Both the position numbers and the translations under genes were made by a program. The notes below the pieces were generated by a model. That model ran no database searches and was not told the DNA's origin. It saw only the letters and a program-made list of their open reading frames with translations. 34,230 nucleotides of DNA, from contig JAXLNO010000623.1 of the NCBI GenBank assembly GCA_038087875.1, positions 1 through 34,230 of the forward strand, read 5' to 3'. Shown in pieces: positions 1 to 11,424 of this stretch (the stretch's first letter is position 1; every line of letters begins with the position of its first letter). This DNA comes from Malacoraja senta (taxonomy: Eukaryota).

Positions 1-892
1 GCTTTGTGAACTGTGAAGAGGATGTTAGGAGGTTGCAGGGTGACCTGGACAGGTTGATTGAGTGGGCTGATGCGATGCAGATGCAGTATAATATAGATAA
101 ATGTGAGGTTATCCACTTTGGCGGCAAAAACAAGAGGGCAGATTATTATCTCAATGGGGTTAGGTTAGATAAGGGGGAGGTGCAGCGAGACCAGGGCGTC
201 CCTGTAAGTCACTGAAAGTTGGCTTACAGGTACAGCAGGCAGTGAAGAAAGCTAATGGAATGTTGGCCTTCATAACAAGAGGATTTCAGTATAGGAGTAA
301 AGAGGTTCTTCTGCAGTTGTATAGGGTTCTGGTGAGACCACATCTGGAGTATTGTGTACCGTTTTGGTCTCCTAATTTGAGGAAGGACATCCTTGTGATT
401 GAGGCAGTGCAGCGTAGGTTCACGAGATTGATCCCTGGGATGGTGGGACTGTCATATGAGGAAAGATTGAAAAGACTAGGCTTGTATTCACTGGAGTTTA
501 GAAGGATGAGGGGGATCTTACAGAAACATATAAAATTATAAAAGGACTGGACAAGCTAGATGCAAGAAAAATGTTCTCAATGTTGGGCAAGTCTAGAACC
601 AGGGGCCACAGTCTTAGAATAAAGGGGAGGTCATTTAAGACTGAGGTGAGAATAAACTTTTTCACCCAGAGAGTTGTGAATTTATGGAATTCTCTGCCAC
701 AGAGGGCAGTGGAGGCCAAGTCACTGGATGGATTTAAGAGAGAGTTAGATAGAGATAGATAGGGGGTATGGAGAGAAGGCAGGTACGGGATACTGAGTTG
801 GATGATCAGCCATGATCATATTGAATGGCGGTGCAGGCTCAAAGGGCCGAATGGCCTACTCCTGCACCTATTTTCTATGTATCTATGTATCT
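1..892 (+). mobile_element. CR1 (HER1-like) LINE 3' portion, frameshifted
   Basis: ORF2 C-terminal peptides LVRPHLEYC, VQRRFTRLIPG, FFTQRVVNLWNSLP; 3' UTR and (TCTATGTA)n tail. Confidence 0.93.
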
Positions 893-1058
893 AGCTCTAG
901 GGGCTAGTGGAGTCAAGGGATATGGGGAGAAGGCAGGTACGGGTTATTGACAGGGGACGATCAGCCATGATCACAATGAATGGCGGTGCTGGCTCGAAGG
1001 GCCGAATGGCCTCCTCCTGCACCTATTTTCTATGTTTCTATGTTTCTATGTTTCTATG
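893..1058 (+). mobile_element. CR1 3' end fragment
   Basis: Same 3' UTR (gatcagccatgatcac..gaatggcggtgc..) with (TTCTATGT)n tail. Confidence 0.88.
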
Positions 1059-1059
1059 A

Positions 1060-1128
1060 TTGGACAGGTACTGATTGGATATGTACTGATTGGATATGTA
1101 CTGATTGGATAGGTCCCATATTGATTGG
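1060..1128 (+). repeat. 15-bp minisatellite (GTACTGATTGGATAT) about 4 copies; related degenerate array at about 3416-3474
   Basis: Direct tandem copies visible. Confidence 0.75.
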
Positions 1129-3312
1129 GTGAATTAAATTGGCAGGGGTGCTGAGGAAGAGGATTTCTTGGAATGTATGCGGGATAGTTTTCTAAACCAA
1201 CATGTAGAGGAACCAACGAGAGAGCAGGCTATTCTAGACTGGGTATTGAGTAATGACGAAGGGTTAGTTAACAGTCTTGTTGTGCGTGGCCCCTTGAACA
1301 AGAGGTGACCATAATATGGTTGAGTTCTTCATTAGGATGGAGAGTGACATTGTTAATTCAGAAACAAGGGTTCTGAACTTAAAGAAGGTAACTTTGAGGG
1401 TATGAGATATGAATTGGCCAAGATTGACTGGCAATTGATTCTTAAAGGGTTGACGGTGGATATGCAATGGAAGGCATTTAAAGATTGCATGGATGAACTA
1501 CAATAATTGTTCATCCCAGTTTGGCAAAAGAATAAATCAGGGAAGGTAGTGCATCCGTGGATAACAAGTGAAATCAGGGATAGTATCAAAACAAAAGATG
1601 AAGTGTACAAATTAGCCAGAAAAAACAGCCTACCAGAGGACTGGGAGAAATTCAGTCCAGAAGAGGAGGACAAAGGGCTTAATTAGGAAAGGGAAAATGG
1701 ATTGTGAAGAAAACTGGCAGGGAACATAAAAACTGACTGCATAAGTTTTTATAGATATATGAAGAGAAAATGATTAGTTAAAACAAATGTAGGTCCCTTG
1801 CAGTCAGAAACAGGTGAATTGATCATGGGGAACAAGGACATGGCAGACCAATTGAATAACTACCTTGGTTCTGTCTTCACTAAGTATGACATAAATAATC
1901 TGCTGGAAATAGCAGGGGACCGGGGGTCAAATGAGATGGAGGAACTGAGTGAAATCCAGGTTAGCCGGGAAGTGGTGTTAGGTAAATTGAATGGATTAAA
2001 GGCCGATAAATCCTCAGGGCCAGATAGGCTGCATCCCAGAGTACTTAAGGAAGTAGCCCCAGAAATAGTGGATGCATTAGTGATAATTTTTCAAAACTCT
2101 TTAGATTCTGGAGTAGTTCCTGAGGATTGGAGGGTAGCTAATGTAACCCCACTTTTTGAAAAGGGAGGGAGAGAGAAAACGGGGAATTACAGACCAGTTA
2201 GTCTAACATCGGTAGTGGGGAAAATGCTAGAGTCAGTTATTAAAGATGGGATAGCAGCACATTTGGACAGTGGTGAAATCATTGGACAAAGTCAGCATGG
2301 ATTTATGAAAGGTAAATCATGTCTGATGAATCTTATAGAATTTTTCGAGGATGTAACTAGTAGAGTGGATAAGGGAGAAACCAGTGGATGTGTTATATCT
2401 GGACTTACAGAAGGCTTTCGACAAGTTCCCACATAAGAGATTAGTATGCAAACTTAAAGCACACGGTATTGGGGGTTCAGTATTGATGTGGATAGAGAAC
2501 TGGCTGGCAGACAGGAAGCAAAGAGTAGGAGTAAACGGGTCCTTTTCAGAATGGCAGGCAGTGACTAGTGGGGTACCGCAAGGCTCAGTGCTGGGACCCC
2601 AGCTATTTACAATATATATTAATGATCTGGATGAGGGAATGAATGCAACATTTCCAAGTTTGCGGATGACACGAAGCTGGGGGGCAGTGTTAGCTGTGAG
2701 GAGGATGCTAGGAGGCTGCAAGGTGACTTGGATAGGTTGGGTGAGTGGGCAAATGCATGGCAGATGCAGTATAATGTGGATAAATGTGAGGTTATCCACT
2801 TTGATGGCAAAAACAGGAAAGTAGTCTATTATCTGAATGGTGGCCGATTAGGAAAAGGGGAGACACAACGAGACCTAGGTGTCATGGTACACCAGTCATT
2901 GAAAGTAGGCATGCAGGTGCAGCAGGCAGTGAAGAAAGCAAATGGTATGTTAGCCTTCATAGCAAAAGGATTTGAGTACTCGTACTCGGCTTGTACTCGC
3001 TGGAATTTAGAAGATTGAGGGGGGATCTTATAGAAACTTACAAAATTCTTAAGGGGTTGGACAGGCTAGATGCAGGAAGATTGTTCCCGATGTTGGGGAA
3101 GTCCAGAACAAGGGGGCACAGTTTACGGATAAGGGGGAAGTCTTTTAGGACCGAGATGAGAAAAAAACATTTCACACAGAGAGTGGTGAATCTCTGGAAT
3201 TCTCTGCCACAGAAGGTAGTTGAGGCCAGTTCATTGGCTATGTTTAAGAGGGAGTTAGATGTGGCCCTTGTGGCTAAAGGGATCAGGGGGTATGGAGAGA
3301 AGGCAGGTACAG
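1118..3312 (+). mobile_element. 5'-truncated CR1 LINE ORF2 (end of APE endonuclease, RT), degenerate, with internal deletion near 2980
   Basis: [68 protein letters not shown]; several frameshifts and stops. Confidence 0.95.
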
Positions 3313-3473
3313 GACTCGGTGCGGACTCGGTGGGCTGAAGGGCCTATTTCCACGCTAGTATCTCAGTTTAAAGGTTCCAGACCTGGAACATCATCTATCC
3401 ATTTTTTCCAGAGATGGGTACTGATTGGGTCGTGCTGATTGGATAAGTACTGAATGTGTAGATATGATTGGAT

Positions 3474-4235
3474 AGAATCAGAATCAGAATCAGATTTTAT
3501 TCGCCAAGTATGTTTTGCAACATAGGAGGAATTTCATTGGCCAGGTCAGTCATACAATTAAAAGCAACAGATCACTCAAAAACACATTTTAACATGAACA
3601 TCCACCACAGTGACTCCTACACATTCCTCACTGTGATGGAAGGGGAAATAAAGTTCAAGTCCTTCCTTTTGTTCTTCCTCGGTCGGGGGCCTCGAGCCCT
3701 CCGTTGACGGGACGGTCTTGACTCCCGTAGCCGGCGGCGTTCAGGCCCTCCGCGTCGAGGCGATCAGCTCCCGCATCGGGGGGTTGCCAGCTTCCCCGCG
3801 CCGGGCGATCGAACCTCGCGTCGGGGCTGGTCGAGCCTTCCGCGGCGTTGGAGCTCCCGACTCAGCCTCTCCCGAGACTGCGAGCCCTAGATGGTAATTC
3901 CGCAGGCCGCGGTGGGAGTGATCCCAGGCGAGGGATCCGCTCCGATGTTAAGTCCGCGCCCCGCGGTGGGGCTCACGACAGTCCGAGGCGGCCTCCAGCT
4001 CCATCGATGGAAGGCCGCAGAGCCCGGAAAACGCGATCCGAAAATTGATCACATCTCCGGGAAGGTAGGAACTTGAAAAAAGTTTCCCCCGATCCTCTCC
4101 CCCATCCCCGCACATAAAACAAAAAACTGAAATACATTAAAACAAGCTCTTAACAAACGCTAAAAATAACAAAAAGATGAAGAAAAAAAACCAGACTGCC
4201 GGCAGGGCTGCCATCTCCCCGGCGCCCCTGGTGGT
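3474..4235 (-). mobile_element. GC-rich non-autonomous retroelement with Rex1/Babar-like tail and (GATTCT)n end
   Basis: Minus strand ends aaattcctcctatgttgcaaaacatacttggcgaataaaatctgattctgattctg; collinear homology with 9492-10375. Confidence 0.7.
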
Positions 4236-4526
4236 CAAGGTATAACTATAGCTATCCATAGTTGGAGAGGGGTTGAATGATTCTTTGTCATTCCATCCAA
4301 AGAATTACTTACATGGCAAAAAGCAGCTGAACGTCACACTGCATTTACTGAAGCCCAGGCCAACAATATGAACCAAGCCTTGGGCAGCATGGAGCGGTGT
4401 TGTTGCAACACCTGAGATACTTCTCCAGGTATAGTGGCCCTGAGATGAACTTGACCAATTTGCACTGGGCAGCAGCTCAGCATATTTGTGACCATGTCAT
4501 GTGTTATATTGGATTGGTTGATTCAA

Positions 4527-5060
4527 AGATACAGCATGGAAACAGGCCCATTAGCCCACCGTGTGTAAGAAAGAACTGGAGTCGCTGATTTACATCGAAG
4601 ATAGACACAAAATGCTGGAGTAACTCAGCGGGACAGGCAGCATCTCTGGAGAGAAGGAATGGGTGATGTTTCGGGTCGAGACCCTTCTTCCATCAGTCTG
4701 AAGAAGGGTCTCGACATGAAACGTCACCCATTCCTTCTCTCCAGAGATGCTGCCTGTCCCGCTGAGTTACTCCAGCATTTTGTATCTACCTTCCGTTAGC
4801 CCACCGAGTCCACACCGACCATCGATCACCCATTCGCATTCGTTCTCTTATCCCACTTTCTCAACCACTCCCTGCACATTAGGGGCAATTATATTTAAAG
4901 CCAATTAACCGACAAACCTGCACAGCATTGGGATATGGGAGGAAACCGGAGCACCTGGATTAAACCCATGTGGTCACAAGGAAAAACTCCGTACAGACAG
5001 CACCCAAGGTGAGAGTTGAACCCAGCTTAATGGCGCTGTGATCGCCCAACACCTCCGCAC
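4527..5060 (-). mobile_element. tRNA-headed SINE interrupted by a hairpin element
   Basis: Matches other SINE copies in the window (aaacaggcc, aattaacc.acaaacctgcac, gtacagacagcacc, gaaccc). Confidence 0.8.
4562..4795. mobile_element. Penelope-derived palindromic element with 11-bp TSD TTAGCCCACCG
   Basis: Inverted arms of about 94 bp (4597-4690, 4700-4793) match the 3' ends of Penelope fragments; TSD at 4551-4561 and 4796-4806. Confidence 0.85.
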
Positions 5061-5079
5061 AATTCTTTAAAAAAAAAAA

Positions 5080-5435
5080 ATTCAAAATAGACTTTATTCA
5101 GGTAATAAATATATACAATACATGAACCGTGCAAAAAATTCATCCGACATTTTCGGAGGCTATACAAATTGTTCAATACAGTCTATATATATTGCTCAAA
5201 TTTCACAAATCTGTCCCCCACCCTTGCCACGCACGTGGCCCCCTGGCGTGGAATCCCTTCCCTTATTTTGAGGGGCGTCTCCACCACACCCTGCCCCCCA
5301 TGTCCAGCAGCGGAAGGAGCCTAGACTGTGGTTCTCCCCCCACCGAGCCTTGGCGTTTGGCTGCATCGAGCTTCAGTGCGTCCCTCAGCACGTACCCCTG
5401 CAGTGCAGCGGGCCGGTCGGTAACATTCCCCGACG
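5080..5435 (-). mobile_element. Tx1-like LINE 3' end
   Basis: Minus-strand LQGYVLRDALKL resembles Tx1-clade ORF2 C-termini; AATAAA near 5092. Confidence 0.65.
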
Positions 5436-5865
5436 GACAATTCGCATCAACCAACCTGATCTCCCGGTGGCTCAGCACTTCAACTCCCCCTCCCATTCCG
5501 AATCCGACCTTTCTGTCCTGGGCCTCCTCCATGGCGAGAGTGAGTCCCACTGCAAATTGGAGGAGCAGCACCTCATATTTCGCGTGGGCAGTTTACACCC
5601 CAGCGGTATGAACATTGACCTCCAATTTCAGGCAGTCCTTGCTTTCTCCCTCCTTCCCCTCCCCTTCCCAGCTCTCCCACAGCCTATTGTATCCACCTCT
5701 TCCTTTCTTCTCCTCCCCCCCACCCCCACATCAGTCTGAAGAAGGGTCTCGACCCGAAACGTCACCTATTCCTTCGCTCCATAGATGCTGCCTCACCCGC
5801 TGAGTTTCTCCAGCATTTTTCCCTACCTTTGATTTTTCCAGCATCTGCAGTTCCTTCTTAAACAT
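5436..5865 (+). mobile_element. Penelope-like element 3' fragment (GIY-YIG C-terminus and terminal repeat)
   Basis: NQPDLPVAQHFN...KLEEQHLIFRVGSLHPSGMN; hammerhead-like motif at 5736. Confidence 0.88.
5736..5763 (+). ncRNA. Minimal hammerhead-ribozyme-like motif
   Basis: CTGAAGA-A-GGGT-CTCG-ACCC-GAAAC-GTC in a Penelope terminal repeat. Confidence 0.7.
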
Positions 5866-6291
5866 TTTGTCTACCAGCTGTGCCACTTTATCAAGGAAAG
5901 GTAGCTAAAGTAAACAGAAAGTCTTTGCATTGTTCAGTTCAGATTAGTTTATTGTCACGTGTACCGAGGTACAGTGAAAAGCTTTTGTTTTTGTTGAGGG
6001 GTAAATTTTTCATGCTAAGGGTGATAGGTATCTGGAACAAGCTGCTAGTGGAGGTAGTTGAGGCAGCCACTATTGCAACATTTAAGAAACAGTTAGACAG
6101 GTACATGGATAGGACAGGTTTAGAGGAATATAAACCATGTTGGGCCAAAGGGCCTATTTCCACACTGTATATCACTGTGCTATCATTTAGCAAAATGTGA
6201 CAACATACGAGTTTGGGATGATATGATTTGGGGCACTTAATGCGCATGTCAGATAAGTGGTAGATAATGAATTCAATAGAGTCAATAGACA

Positions 6292-6800
6292 ATTCAGTTC
6301 AGTATTCAGTATTTACTTTAATGTAATTTTCACTGAGTACTTACATACACAGAAGAAACGAAAAATTGTTTCTCAATCAGTTCCTGTCAGTGCAGCTAAT
6401 AAAAGCAGAATAAATACATACAACTTTAAAATTAAAATTAACATATCTAAAATAGACCTAAAAATTGAGCTAAAAACAGACATTCAGACCGAACAGTGGC
6501 TTTGCTTTGACAGGTGTCTAGCTGTCAAAGTTTGGGCGAGGTTAGATGTGTTGGTGTATGATGTATGGGGAGGGGGGACAGTCCGTTAACCAGTCTTACT
6601 GCCTGTGGGAAGAAGCTGTGTAGCATCCTGCTGGTTCTGCAGCTGATGCTCCTGTACCTCTTCCCAGATGGCAGAATGGAGAAGATGTGGTGTGATGGGT
6701 GATAGGGGTCCTTAATAAGGGAGATGGCTCTGCGGATGCTGCGCTTCTGATAGATCTCCAACAGGAAAGGGAGTGGAGCACCAATGATCCTACTGGCTGT
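6292..6800 (-). mobile_element. Rex1/Babar LINE 3' fragment
   Basis: KDPYHPSHHIFSILPSGKRYRSISCRTSRMLHSFFPQAVRLVN matches the Rex1-type RT C-terminus. Confidence 0.85.
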
Positions 6801-6802
6801 AG

Positions 6803-7100
6803 GATCAGGAGTAGGCCATACAGCCCTTCAAGCCGGCACCGCCATTCAATGTGATCATGACTGATCATCCCCAATCAGTACCCCGTTCCTGCCTTCTCCA
6901 CATATCCCCTGACTCCACTCTTCAAGAGCCCTATCTAGCTCTCTCTTGAAGGGTATCCAGAGAACCTGCCTCCACCGCCCTCTGAGGCAGAGAATTCCAC
7001 AGACTCACCACTCTCTGTGTGAAAAAGTGTTTCCTCGTCTCTGTTCTAAATGACTTACCCCTTATTCTTAAACTGTGGCCCCTGGTTCTGGACTCCCCCA
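6803..7100 (-). mobile_element. CR1 3' fragment
   Basis: Reverse complement of the CR1 3' end seen at 8507-8895. Confidence 0.9.
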
Positions 7101-7743
7101 ATTATTTTCAACAAGAGGGTTATGATCTTCATCTGTGTTACTAATATTAATGTCCCACCATCAACACCCTGAGGACAACCATTGAACAGAAACTTAATAG
7201 ACAATAGACAATAGACAATAGGTGCAGGAGTAGGCCATTCGACAAGGTGACAATCCACGGAGATCAGCATTTCAATATTCACTCCCCCACTGTCAGCAGT
7301 TCAGTTTATCGTTCAGTTTATTGTAACACAACATTTATTGCCGCACAACATATATGCAGTGAATACCATTTTTAAGGTACTTCAGAAACTCATTGAGGTT
7401 TCTTCAACTTCACTTCTTAAGCTGTGGACTCTACATGTAGAAGGACAAGTCATCAGGTACATTGGAATGGCCATCTCCTCCAAGCTGCATACCATCCTGA
7501 CTTAGGCACTCATAACTATTCTTTCATTAATGCCATTACAACACCAGGAGCTCTGTACCATACTACTCAGTTGGAATGCCGCCACTGTGCATTCACAGTA
7601 ATTAAGAAGATGATTTAACAGTTTAGTTTAGTTTAGTTTAGAGAGAGCGCAGAAACAGGCCCTTTGGAATCTAATTCCTTGGCTTTAGCAGTGGAGCCTG
7701 GAAAGGATGTTGAACTAGATGATATAGGAGGGCATGCAACGTA

Positions 7744-8272
7744 GGGTGGCTCGGTGGCGCAGCGGTAGAGTTGCTCACCCGAGGTTAAAAAAAAATCAAA
7801 ACTCGTGGTTACTCTTGGAAATTTTCACACTGTTGAAAAAAATTCACGAGTTTCCCGAGTACCTGCCGTTAGCGTTACGAGCCGCTACGAGACGTCCCCG
7901 AGCTCCGACGTACCCGCTACGCACATTCTACGTACTTACCACGGTTTGATTTTTTTTTTCAACTCGGGAGAGCTCTTGGGTGAACTCGCATCGTGGGACA
8001 GGCCCTTAACAGCGCCAGAGACCCAGGTTCCATCCTGACTACGGGTGCTGTCTGTACGGAGTTTGTACGTTCTCCCCGTGACCTGCGTGGGTTTTCTTTG
8101 GGATGTCCGGTTTCCTCCCACACTCCAAAGACGTGCAGGTTTGTAGGTTAATTGGCTACTTGGTATAGTTGTAAATTGTCCCTAGTGTGTAGGATAGCGT
8201 CAGTGTGGAATGGGTGGGCTGAAGGGACTCTTACCGCGCTGTATCTCTAATCTAAAAACGAAACTAAACTGA
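7744..8272 (+). mobile_element. tRNA-headed SINE with its head split by a MITE remnant
   Basis: A-box GGTGGCGCAGCGG at about 7753, B-box-like GGTTCCATCC at about 8027, body and (AAACT)-like tail. Confidence 0.85.
7776..8006. mobile_element. PIF/Harbinger-like MITE remnant
   Basis: Ends GTGGGACAGGCCCT followed by TAA; internal inverted repeats; left terminus missing. Confidence 0.6.
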
Positions 8273-8506
8273 AGCAAGAGACAATGTGGGTCTGGTGGCA
8301 GAGGATGAAAGGACGTGGTTGGAATCAAGTTCATTGTCATTGCACAAGTACAGGGAGGTGAAATTACAATGAAAATCTTGTTTGCAGCAGCACTACTGGC
8401 ACATACATTCAGAATATACACAAACGTAAGACTGTACAGGAAAGTGAAATAGAAAATAAACTGTGCAAGAACAACACATTGGTGCAAAAACATAACTAGA
8501 TAACAA

Positions 8507-8895
8507 ATATAAGATTGTTAAGGGCTTGGACACGCTAGAGGCAGGAAACATGTTCCCGATGTTGGGGGAGTCCAGAACCAGGGGCCACAGTTTAAGAATA
8601 AGGAGTAAGCCATTTAGAATGGAGACGAGGGAACACTTTTTTCTCACAGAGAGTGGTGAGTCTGTGGAATTCTCTGCCTCAGAGGGCGGTGGAGGCTGGT
8701 TCTCTGGATGCTTTCAAGAGAGAGCTAGATAGGGCTCTTAAAAATAGTGGAGTCAGGGGATATGGGGAGATGGCAGGAACGGGGTACTGATTGGGGATGA
8801 TCAGCCATGATCACATTGAATGGCGGTGCTGGCTCGAAGGGCCAAATGGCCTACTCCTGCACCTATTGTCTATTGTCTATTGTCTATTGTCTATA
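8507..8895 (+). mobile_element. CR1 3' fragment with (TCTATTG)n tail
   Basis: LEAGNMFPMLGESRTRGHSLRI and 3' UTR. Confidence 0.92.
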
Positions 8896-9289
8896 CAAGT
8901 CTTTGATAGTGTAGTAATAACAAGGAACTGCAGATACTGGTTTATACCAAAGATAGACACAAATGCTGGAGTAACTCAACGGGTCAGGCAGCATCTCTGG
9001 AGAACATGGATAGGTGACGTTTAGTTTGGTTTATTTTGGTTCAGTTTAGTTTAGTTCAGTTTCATTTAGTTTATTGTCATGTGTATCGAGTTACAGTGAA
9101 AAGCTTTTGTTGCATGCCAACTAGTCAGCAGAAAGTGTTGATTACAATCGAGCCATCCACAATGTACAGATACATGATAAGGGGAATAATATTTAGTGCA
9201 AGATTAATTCCAGTAAAGTCTGATTGAAATTAGTAAAGGTGACATATTGGTTTGGGACCCTTCTTCGGACTACATCTGTAGTGTCTATT

Positions 9290-9491
9290 GCTCAAGAAGG
9301 ATTAGGGTTCCAGGAGTTGATTCAAGAGCCTGATGGTTATTGGAAAGTAGCTGTTCCTGAACATGGTGATGTGGGGATGTCAGCCTTCTGTACCTCCTGC
9401 CCAACAGTAGCAATGAGAAGAGGGCATGGTCCTGATGATGGTGATCCTTAGAAGACTGATGCCGTCTTTTGAGACCACATCCCATGTAGAT
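9290..9491 (-). mobile_element. Degenerate Rex1/Babar fragment
   Basis: Minus-strand DHALFSLLLLGRRYRRL. Confidence 0.65.
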
Positions 9492-10375
9492 TGTGGACTG
9501 CAGGAGTGGGGCGCCGTTGTGTATGGCTGCTCTGCCTGAAGTCCGTCCTTTCACCCTTTTTTATTTTTACTTTTAGTTCTGTTAAAAAAACAAAATGTTA
9601 GTTGGAGGTCTTTTATGTGGTGGGTGGGGGGAGGGGAAGGGGGAAACTTTATTTCCTAGTCCCTACCTGGTCGGAGAGGCGGCTTCTCTCCGAGCTGTTT
9701 CTTCGCCCCTTCCTCGCGGCCTACCATCGGACTGGAGCGGCGTTTCCTGTCGGGACCGGCCGGGACTACAGCTTCGGCGGCGGCACAGCGCTGGGTCACC
9801 AACACGGAGCTGGCGATGCCTTACCTGGTCGCCGTGCGGTAAGCTCCGGAGTGCTATGACCGCCGACTCCAACATCCGAGGAGCTGTGGCTGCGGGCATC
9901 AGGCCGCGGGCAGCGCTGGATTTAAAACACCGCGGAGCCTGGGATCCGAGATCGCCAGAGTCGGAGATCCAGCCAACGCGGCCTGAGGACTTCGGGTGCC
10001 GCGGTCTCCGGGGAGGAAGCGGCCGCTCCAGACATCTCCAAGCCGCTGAGGAGTGTTCACCCGACGCCGGAGTTCCATCTTCCCGGCAAAGAGGGCCTGA
10101 AAACATCGCTGGCTGCGGAGGCCACAAATAGGCCCCGACCACGGTGATCACAGAGGAAGAGGACTGAACTTTCTGATGCTTTTCCCCACAGTGGAAAATT
10201 TAGATTCTGTTGTGGGGGACGTTCTTGTTGAATTCTATAATGTGTTGTCTCATTTTAATTTTTATTAATTTTTCAATGGATGTACGGAAACTTTATTATT
10301 TCTTTTATGTAAAGCACTTCGGTTTCAACGCGAGTTAATTTAAACGTGCTATATAAATAAAATGTACTTACTTAC
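9492..10375 (+). mobile_element. GC-rich non-autonomous retroelement with L2-like tail and (ACTT)n end; TAGAT TSD
   Basis: Tail tgtaaagcactt...gtgctatataaataaa; TAGAT at 9487-9491 and 10376-10380; homology with 3474-4235. Confidence 0.7.
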
Positions 10376-10529
10376 TAGATGCTTCGATGAAGTGACGCTG
10401 GAAAAGTGAAAAGAAATCAAATTGATGATGGAAAGGATATAAGTTCATAAGTGAGCAGAATTAGGCCATTCAGCCCAGAAAGATCGCGGAAGGAAATTCT
10501 CCAGCTAAATTAACAAATGAAAACAAAAC

Positions 10530-11145
10530 CAGTTTAGCTTAGTTTCATTTGGAGGTACAGCGTGGAAACATGCCCTTCGGCCCACCGAGTCCACGCTGAC
10601 CAGCGATCACCCGTAACTTAGTTCCATCCAACACACTAGGGACAATTTACAAAAGCCAACTAACCTACAAACCTGCATGCCTTGAGAATGCGGGAGGAGG
10701 CCCAGAACCAGGGGCCACAGTTTAAGAATATTAGAACGGAGACGAGGAAACACTTTTTCTCACAGAGAGTGGTGAGTCTGTGGAATTCTCTGCCTCAGAG
10801 GGCGGTGGAGGCCGGTTCGCTGTATACTTTCAAGAGAGAGCTAGATAGGGCTCTTAAAAATAGTCAGGGGATATGGGGAGAAGGCAGGAACGGGGTACTG
10901 ATTGGGGATGATCAACCATGATCACATTGAATGGCGGTGCTGGCTCGAAGGGCCAAATGGCCTACTCCTGCACCTATTGTCTTTTGTCTATTGTCTATTG
11001 TCTATTGACCTGGAGAAAGCCCACGTGATCACATGGAGAACCTGTGCAAGTTTCTCAGTACCGATAGCACCCGAGGTCAGGATTGAACCCGGGTCTCTGG
11101 CGCTGTGAGGCAGCAACTCTACCACTGCGCCACCGTGCCGCCCCT
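10530..11145 (-). mobile_element. SINE on the minus strand with a nested plus-strand CR1 3' fragment (about 10702-11007)
   Basis: SINE tail and head flank a CR1 end with (TCTATTG)n. Confidence 0.82.
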
Positions 11146-11424
11146 GACGGTGAATGGGTCAGAGGAGTTGTAAGATCAACAATGTCAAAGATTATGGACA
11201 TGTTGAAAGATATAATGAAGAGTTCACCCCTGTTGCAATGATAAAGAATATTATTTATGATTGTATTGGGGGCTCTATTGGAACTGTGAAGGGGTTCAAA
11301 CATACGATTGTGGGAATGATAGCAAGATTATAGAGGGGTTCAATGACTGAGTGCACGGTCCCATAGGACAAAGGATGTGAGGCTCATAAAATTAGGTTAT
11401 TTTATATGGAGTAGAGACAGCCAT

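Noticed and set aside
9595..10151. GC-rich ORFs or CpG-island promoter of an unknown gene
   Set aside because: Lies inside a TSD-flanked element with a homologue at 3474-4235; no recognisable protein motifs
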